A DNA stretch of 32,000 nt, taken from the NCBI RefSeq assembly GCF_000020225.1, contig NC_010655.1, positions 1,650,001-1,682,000 on the forward strand, in the 5' to 3' direction. The position numbers and the translations under genes are program-made. Positions within the stretch are counted from its first letter, which is position 1, and every line of letters begins with the position of its first letter. The notes beneath the pieces were generated by a model. The model saw only the letters and a program-made list of their open reading frames with translations, ran no database searches and was not told the DNA's origin. Below are positions 26,665-32,000 of the stretch, piece by piece. This DNA is from Akkermansia muciniphila ATCC BAA-835 (GTDB lineage Bacteria > Verrucomicrobiota > Verrucomicrobiia > Verrucomicrobiales > Akkermansiaceae).

Positions 26665-27786
26665 TCAGGAGGGAGTGTCTTTACCTGTCCCGGCATCGGG
26701 CAATGCTTTTAATGCCGCTTTGGCCTGTGCATGGTCCTGGGAGGCTGCCTTTTCCAGCCATTCCCGGGCAGTTTCTAGGTTTTTTTCCACGCCGAATCCG
26801 TACAGGCAGATGATTCCCATGTTGTATTGCTCGGAGGCGTAGCCGGCTCTGGCGGCGCGAAGATTCCTGTTTTGCCATTCCCTGGCTTCCGCTTCCGTGA
26901 AGTCCTGGCTCTTGCAGAATTGGTCCCACGTTTTTCCGAATTTCATGGCAGCCCTCGCAAATCCCGACAGGGCGGATTTTCTGGTGTATTCATCCGCCAG
27001 GCGCATGTTTTTTTCCACTCCGTCGGGTCCCAGCCTGTACAGGTGGGCCAGTCCCCAGTATCCGTTGGGGCTGCCCAGATCCGCCGCTTTTTGGAAGAGC
27101 TGCAGCGCGTCCGGGTATTTTTTATGGGACATGGCGAATACCGCATTGGCCAGGAAGCGTTCCGCTTTGATGAATTCGTAAAATTCGGGAATAGCCGCCC
27201 ATTCGGATTTAAGTTTGTTCCTATCTTTCCTGGATTTTGGAGGCATGCCGGAAGGCGGGGATATTCGGAAAACGGGAATGTAGCCGGAAGCGCCCATATT
27301 GGCCAGCCCGGCCATCAGAAAGCAGCCCGGCTGGAGGCGCCACATGTGCATGTACAAAACGCGCTCTGCTGGCAGAGATTCCTTCTCAATCCAGTCCGGC
27401 AGGTTCATGGGGGGGCCGTAAATTCCCGTCAGGCCGTTCAGCATGCGCTTGTACAGGGATTTCAGGCGCGTATCGTATTCCTCTTTACCCGCTTTGGTGG
27501 TGGAGTAAAAGGAAACGGCTTTCAGACCTCCATCCTTTCCGTACTCGAAATGCAGGGAGAAGAAAAGGCCTCCAATAGGTTTTTTCGTCTTGTAGGCTCC
27601 GTTCAGCCCTGTACGGCTCAGGTAGGCGTCTGTTTCCGGCCCTTCCAGGGATTTGCAGGTTTTCAGGGAATTCAGAAGCTGGGATTCCTGCAAACCTGTT
27701 TCCAGGGGGCCGTAAAGAGGCGAGGCGGCGCCGCAGGAAGCTGTATAAAGCACAGCCATGTAGCGATAGCAATTGGTCAATTTCAT
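26665..27786 (-). CDS. Sel1-like repeat (TPR-related) protein
   Basis: The C-terminal half contains Sel1-type repeats (LFQKAADLGSPNGYWGLAHLYRLGPDGVEKNMRLADEY; AARAGYASEQYNMGIICLYGFGVEKNLETAREWLEKAA). I prefer the ATG at 27786 (MKLTNCYRYMAVLYTASC...) as the start. The ORF-track start at 27822 is a TTG. Confidence 0.72.
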   Translation of the reverse strand: MKLTNCYRYMAVLYTASCGAASPLYGPLETGLQESQLLNSLKTCKSLEGPETDAYLSRTGLNGAYKTKKPIGGLFFSLHFEYGKDGGLKAVSFYSTTKAGKEEYDTRLKSLYKRMLNGLTGIYGPPMNLPDWIEKESLPAERVLYMHMWRLQPGCFLMAGLANMGASGYIPVFRISPPSGMPPKSRKDRNKLKSEWAAIPEFYEFIKAERFLANAVFAMSHKKYPDALQLFQKAADLGSPNGYWGLAHLYRLGPDGVEKNMRLADEYTRKSALSGFARAAMKFGKTWDQFCKSQDFTEAEAREWQNRNLRAARAGYASEQYNMGIICLYGFGVEKNLETAREWLEKAASQDHAQAKAALKALPDAGTGKDTPS

Positions 27787-27824
27787 GGGATAGATAGGGC
27801 AGGGATGGAAGTGGTGCTTCAATA

Positions 27825-27841
27825 GCGGATTAGGAATCCGA
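27825..27841. repeat. site 2A: GCGGA-TTAGGAA-TCCGA; left arm of an inverted pair
   Basis: This is the exact reverse complement of 27997-28013 (17 nt). It lies 39 nt upstream of the ATG at 27786 of the Sel1-repeat gene on the minus strand. Confidence 0.85.
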
Positions 27842-27996
27842 ATGAAGTGTTCAAAGATGTTTCTGTGAAAAGCAAGTATATTACAATCAATAATTTATAT
27901 TTTGTTCCAACAAATTTATTCTGTTGATGGTTGTATCCGGGGAAATGATGGATGATTTTGGAGAAATGCATTTGGTATGAAAAACTGATATTGACG

Positions 27997-28013
27997 TCGG
28001 ATTCCTAATCCGC
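27997..28013. repeat. site 2B: TCGGA-TTCCTAA-TCCGC; right arm of an inverted pair
   Basis: This is the exact reverse complement of 27825-27841. The two arms bracket 155 bp of AT-rich DNA. Confidence 0.85.
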
Positions 28014-28234
28014 AGTGTTTAAAATAGGTTGAAAAATGTTGGTTAATCTTTTTGTTATCAGCATATTAAAAATATGCATCCTGTTTTTCTGAAGTGAAAA
28101 AGGCGGAAAGGCGCGTCTGTTGTCCCGCCTCATTCTTCCGTTTTTTTTACATGGGAATCGTTATTATTTTTATTAAAAGTCTTTCTGAATATTCATTCAT
28201 TTCCGTTTTGTGTATCCCATATGCATGCATTGTG

Positions 28235-28251
28235 GCGGATTTCAAATCCGC
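28235..28251. repeat. site 3A: GCGGA-TTTCAAA-TCCGC; left arm of an inverted pair
   Basis: The reverse complement of 28404-28420 matches it at 16 of 17 positions. The inner flank CATGTCA corresponds to CAGTCA on the partner. Confidence 0.8.
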
Positions 28252-28403
28252 ATGTCAGCGAAAAAAGGAATTGGTGCTTCCTTATTGATTTTATTATCAA
28301 TGGATAAAATCAATATTGGGGATTGTTTCTTTCAGGATGCGTTGTGATTTTTTTCTTTCTCTATACGATGAAAGTCCTTTTTTCTCAAAAAATTTGATTG
28401 ACT

Positions 28404-28420
28404 GCGGATTTGAAATGCGC
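28404..28420. repeat. site 3B: GCGGA-TTTGAAA-TGCGC; right arm of an inverted pair
   Basis: This is an inverted copy of 28235-28251 with one arm mismatch. The pair brackets 152 bp of AT-rich DNA. It lies 265 nt upstream of the ATG at 28686. Confidence 0.8.
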
Positions 28421-28685
28421 AGATGAATACGCATGGATTGAGAGCGTTTGATATTCAATGGGCTGTTTCTTTTTTTGCAGTAATACGCAGTTTTGGAAGA
28501 TGTCCTGATAAAAAAAGAGGGCTCATGATACGTACCCGTACGGGAAAAACGGGAAGGCCGTGGCGGAATTGCTCCGGAGCGGCTGTTGATTCTGCCGGGG
28601 CTGCGAGCATAACCGGATGTTTGTGACGGTTTCGTTTCCGGCCGCATCTTGTTTGAGGAAGCCATTCCGCTCATGGTACCGGTAC

Positions 28686-30653
28686 ATGAGAATTGATGTG
28701 GTAACGGATACGTATGAACCTGATGTAAATGGAGTGGCCCTGACGCTGGGGCGTCTGGTCGGCGGCCTCCGGATGCGCGGGCATCTGGTGCATGTGATGA
28801 GGGCTTCTGAACGGAACGACTCTTTCGACCCTGGGGAGACGGCTATGCCGTCCCTTCCCCTCCCCATGTACCATGAGGTGAAGATAGGGCTGCCTTCTGC
28901 AGACAGGTTCCGCGCCAGATGGATGAAAAAAAGGCCGGATGTGGTATACGTGGCTACGGAAAGCCCCATGGGAGCGTCTGCCGTGAAGGCCGCCCGTACG
29001 CTGGAGGTTCCCGTGGTGATGGGATTCCATACCAATTTCCACCAGTATATGAAGGATTACCATTTCTCCAGACTGGAAACGGCCGCCGTGAATTACCTGC
29101 GCAAACTCCACAACAGGGCAGGGATGACAGTGGTTCCCACGGAGGAAATGCGCCGTACGCTGGAGGGGATGGGGTTTGAACGCCTTTCCGTCATGGGGCG
29201 CGGAGTGGATGCCGTCCTGTTTGATCCCGCCAGGAGGGATGCTTCCCTGCGCCAGTCATGGGGCGTCTGGCGGGATGAAGTGGTATTTGGCGTCGTGGGG
29301 CGTCTGGCGCGGGAAAAGAACCTGGTGACGGCCCTGGGGCTGTACACGCGCTTGCAGAGGGAGTTTCCGGATTGCGGCATGAAAATGGTGGTGGTAGGGG
29401 ACGGCCCCATGATGAACAGCCTGCGCAGTGAGTTTCCTGATGCCGTTTTTTGCGGAATGCGCCGTGGGGAAGACCTGGCGCGCCATTATGCCGCCATGGA
29501 CGTTTTGCTGTTCGCCAGTGAGACGGAAACTTTCGGGAACGTTTTGCTGGAAGGCATGGCCAGCGGTTTGGCTACGGTCAGCTACCGGTATGCCGCTTCC
29601 GCGGATGTGGTGCTGGACGGCATCAACGGCCTTCAGGCGGAGAAAGGGGATGAAGAGGGGTTTTATTCCGCCATGCGCCGTCTGCTGGAAGACGGGGAGA
29701 TGATTCGGAGGCTTGGGAAACAGGCCCGTAGGACGGTGAATTCCAGAACTTGGGATTCCATCCATGACAGGTTTGAAGAACTGCTGGCTTCCGTGACTCG
29801 GGAGGAAAACGGGACCGGCTGCGCCCGTCCCCCGCGGGATGCCGTGCTGGAATGCCGCACGGTTTTTTTGTCGGACCTTCATCTGGGAACGAAAGACTGC
29901 AAGGCGGACGAATGCCGGAAGTTTCTGAAACATGTCCGGGCTGGAAAAATTGTGCTGGTGGGGGATATTGTGGATGCTTGGGCTTTGTCCCGCGGCAGCC
30001 GCTGGCGGCGGAGGCATACGCGCTTTGTCCGCACCTTGTTGAAAAAGATGGAACAGGAGGATGTGGAAGTCCTGTACCTGCGCGGAAATCACGATGATAT
30101 TCTGGAAAAATTCCTGCCTTTTCATCTGGGCGGTTTGAAAATTGCCAGGGAGTACGTGCACCAGGCTGCGGATGGAAGACGCTACCTGTGCGTGCATGGG
30201 GACGGTTTTGACGCCATTTCCACCAATCACCGGTGGCTGGCGATGCTCGGCTCTCTGGGTTATGACGTTTTGCTGATGGTCAACCGGTTTTACAACAAAT
30301 ACCGCGCCTGGCGGGGCAGGGAATATCATTCCGTTTCCCGCGCCATCAAGGGCCGCGTGAAATCCGCCGTCAATTTTATTGGAAAATATGAGGAACAGCT
30401 TCAACGCCTGGCGGTAAAGAGGCAGTGTGACGGCATCATCGCCGGGCATGTGCATCATCCGGCGGATACCATGGTGGGAAAGGTGAGGTATCTGAATTGC
30501 GGGGACTGGGTGGAAACCATGAGCGCAGTGCTGGAATACGGCGACGGCCGTATGGAAACGGTGCTTTACAAGGATTTTATGAAGCGCCTGGCATATGGCA
30601 AATGCGGAACCATGGAGGACGCGGAAACTTCTCCCGGCACGGGGGATTCATGA
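28686..30653 (+). CDS. fusion protein: N-terminal GT4-type glycosyltransferase plus C-terminal PlcP/LpxH-like calcineurin-type metallophosphoesterase
   Basis: I place the start at the ATG at 28686 (MRIDVVTDTYEPDVNGVALT, a typical GT4 N-terminus). The GT-B C-lobe has FASETETFGNVLLEGMASG (E-x7-E). From about residue 400 the metallophosphoesterase motifs appear: FLSDLHLG, VGDIVD, RGNHDD, VHGDGFD and AGHVHHP. The GNHD motif is not the GNRD typical of bona fide LpxH. Confidence 0.8.
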   Translation: MRIDVVTDTYEPDVNGVALTLGRLVGGLRMRGHLVHVMRASERNDSFDPGETAMPSLPLPMYHEVKIGLPSADRFRARWMKKRPDVVYVATESPMGASAVKAARTLEVPVVMGFHTNFHQYMKDYHFSRLETAAVNYLRKLHNRAGMTVVPTEEMRRTLEGMGFERLSVMGRGVDAVLFDPARRDASLRQSWGVWRDEVVFGVVGRLAREKNLVTALGLYTRLQREFPDCGMKMVVVGDGPMMNSLRSEFPDAVFCGMRRGEDLARHYAAMDVLLFASETETFGNVLLEGMASGLATVSYRYAASADVVLDGINGLQAEKGDEEGFYSAMRRLLEDGEMIRRLGKQARRTVNSRTWDSIHDRFEELLASVTREENGTGCARPPRDAVLECRTVFLSDLHLGTKDCKADECRKFLKHVRAGKIVLVGDIVDAWALSRGSRWRRRHTRFVRTLLKKMEQEDVEVLYLRGNHDDILEKFLPFHLGGLKIAREYVHQAADGRRYLCVHGDGFDAISTNHRWLAMLGSLGYDVLLMVNRFYNKYRAWRGREYHSVSRAIKGRVKSAVNFIGKYEEQLQRLAVKRQCDGIIAGHVHHPADTMVGKVRYLNCGDWVETMSAVLEYGDGRMETVLYKDFMKRLAYGKCGTMEDAETSPGTGDS

Positions 30654-30686
30654 CGGAACGGCCTTTATCCGGTTTCCCCCGGAAGT

Positions 30687-30743
30687 GGGACAAAATGACT
30701 TTGTGTGACATTTTGTCTCTTTTCTGGTGTGACATTATGTCCC
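30687..30743. repeat. three copies of a ~13-17 nt motif (GTGTGACATTnTGTCyC) upstream of dnaK, one inverted and two direct
   Basis: The copies are 30687-30699 GGGACAAAATGAC (inverted), 30703-30719 GTGTGACATTTTGTCTC and 30726-30743 GGTGTGACATTATGTCCC. The two direct copies start 24 bp apart. A partial fourth copy, TGACATTTGCG, is at 30805-30815. Confidence 0.6.
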
Positions 30744-30842
30744 GTTTTCCTTTGTCGGGAAAATAGAGGAATGAAAGGAAAAACAGCGTAATATGATTAT
30801 AATATGACATTTGCGTTTATTTTTCAGTATGCCTTGCCAGAT

Positions 30843-30858
30843 TGGCATGCCATTTGCA
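30843..30858 (+). promoter_or_regulatory. sigma-54 (-24/-12)-type promoter candidate upstream of dnaK
   Basis: TGGCATG-CCAT-TTGCA has one mismatch against the consensus TGGCACG-N4-TTGCW. The GG-N10-GC spacing is exact. It lies about 100 nt upstream of the dnaK ATG. Confidence 0.4.
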
Positions 30859-30957
30859 ACAAAAGAGGCAAGAATATGAGTTTGCCTGCATGATGCTTCA
30901 GGTCATGAGGAAATCAAATCTCAACGAAATCCATTCAAAACAATCTAAAATAACGAT

Positions 30958-32000
30958 ATGGCTAAAATATTAGGAATCGACCTTGGCACGACCAACTCGT
31001 GCATGGCTGTGATGGAAGGCGGTCAGGGTACCGTACTTGAAAACAGCGAAGGTGCGCGCACCACTCCCTCCATTGTTGCTTTCACCAAAAGCGGTGAACG
31101 CCTCGTGGGGCAGGCCGCCAAACGTCAGGCGGTAACCAACCCGAAAAACACCGTGTTTTCCTCCAAGCGCCTCATCGGCCGTAAGTACAGTGAACTGACG
31201 GAAGAAGATAAAAAGGTGCCGTACGAAATTGTGGAAGCTCCCAACGGAGATGCCTACATCCGCGTGGATGTGGGCGGTGAAAAGAAGACCTTTTCCCCCC
31301 AGGAAATCGCTTCCATGGTGCTGGCCAAGCTGAAAGCCGATGCGGAATCCAAACTTGGCGAAACGATTACGGAGGCCGTGATTACCGTCCCCGCCTATTT
31401 CAATGACGCCCAGCGCAACGCGACCAAGGCCGCCGGTGAAATCGCAGGCCTTAAAGTGCGCCGCATTATCAATGAACCGACGGCGGCGGCCCTGGCCTAC
31501 GGCTTGGACAAAAAGTCCAATGAAAACATTGCCGTATATGACCTCGGCGGCGGCACCTTTGATATTTCCGTGCTGGAAATCGGCGACGGAGTGTTTGAGG
31601 TGAAGGCTTCCGACGGCGACACCCACTTGGGCGGCGATGACTGGGACAACGCAATCATCAACTGGATTATAGGCGAGTTCAAGAAAGACTCCGGCATGGA
31701 TCTTTCCAACCAGCCTGACGCCATTCAGCGCATCAAGGAAGAAGCGGAAAAGGCCAAGATCGCCCTTTCCTCCACCCAGAGCTATGACATCAGCCTGCCG
31801 TTCATCACGGCGGACGCTTCCGGTCCCAAGCATATCCAACTGACGCTGAGCCGCCCCAAGCTGGAACAGCTCACGGAAGACCTTCTGGACCGCACCCGCA
31901 AGCCTGTGCTGGACTGCATTGCTGCGTCCGGGTTGAAAACCGGGGACATTGACGAGCTGGTGCTGGTGGGCGGCATGACCCGCATGCCCGCCGTGCAGGA
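30958..32000 (+). CDS. dnaK: molecular chaperone DnaK (Hsp70), N-terminal ~347 aa; 3' end beyond the window
   Basis: This gene is not in the ORF track because no stop codon falls within the window. Translation from the ATG at 30958 gives [22 protein letters not shown]...[23 protein letters not shown]. Further on it gives [16 protein letters not shown] and [14 protein letters not shown]. The 289-aa minus-strand ORF at 30970-31839 is its antisense shadow. Confidence 0.97.
   Translation, partial: MAKILGIDLGTTNSCMAVMEGGQGTVLENSEGARTTPSIVAFTKSGERLVGQAAKRQAVTNPKNTVFSSKRLIGRKYSELTEEDKKVPYEIVEAPNGDAYIRVDVGGEKKTFSPQEIASMVLAKLKADAESKLGETITEAVITVPAYFNDAQRNATKAAGEIAGLKVRRIINEPTAAALAYGLDKKSNENIAVYDLGGGTFDISVLEIGDGVFEVKASDGDTHLGGDDWDNAIINWIIGEFKKDSGMDLSNQPDAIQRIKEEAEKAKIALSSTQSYDISLPFITADASGPKHIQLTLSRPKLEQLTEDLLDRTRKPVLDCIAASGLKTGDIDELVLVGGMTRMPAVQ

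Noticed and set aside
28094-28674. ORFs at 28094-28288(+) and 28297-28674(-) in the long AT-rich spacer.
   Set aside because: The first has a GTG start and a hydrophobic, low-complexity AT-rich translation. The second is Ser/Arg/Lys-rich with no motif. Both span the palindromic sites. They are more likely non-coding.
30687-30743. The repeats upstream of dnaK as a possible CRISPR or tandem-repeat array.
   Set aside because: There are only three short (13-17 nt) copies in mixed orientation, without regular spacer architecture. This is more consistent with protein-binding sites.
1-32000. A search for tRNA, rRNA, tmRNA, SRP RNA or RNase P RNA, and for riboswitch-like leaders, in the intergenic regions.
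   Set aside because: I saw no cloverleaf-compatible segments or conserved RNA signature sequences by eye. This is a weak negative, and a covariance-model scan would be needed to be sure.

Overview
This is a chromosomal segment of about 56-58% GC that looks Verrucomicrobial (Akkermansia-like). That attribution comes from recognising the proteins and composition and is not verified. Most of the window is housekeeping: alaS (5' partial), pssA, folP, a YfhO-family membrane protein, long-form ispG, an SDR, a divergent KAS gene followed by bioF, a hisS-aspS operon, a hypBFCDE [NiFe]-hydrogenase maturation operon, and dnaK (3' partial). I found no rRNA, tRNA, CRISPR array, transposase or recombinase gene. 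The features that housekeeping does not explain sit in the AT-rich intergenic regions. Six small sites of the form GCGGA-N7-TCCGC occur as three inverted pairs, and the 7-nt centre is specific to each pair. Each pair brackets 152-235 bp of AT-rich DNA directly 5' of a gene. Two of those genes are envelope-related: a low-GC O-acyltransferase and a fusion of a GT4 glycosyltransferase with a PlcP/LpxH-like metallophosphoesterase. The third encodes a Sel1-repeat protein. This lox/FRT-like layout suggests three independently invertible (phase-variable) promoter cassettes served by a recombinase encoded elsewhere. Other observations are the GT4-phosphoesterase fusion itself (a candidate one-protein phospholipid-to-glycolipid remodelling enzyme), the KAS-bioF pairing, a near-consensus sigma-54 promoter with upstream repeats in front of dnaK, and a recurring AACCGGATGT motif in leader regions. 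All functional interpretations are inference from sequence only.
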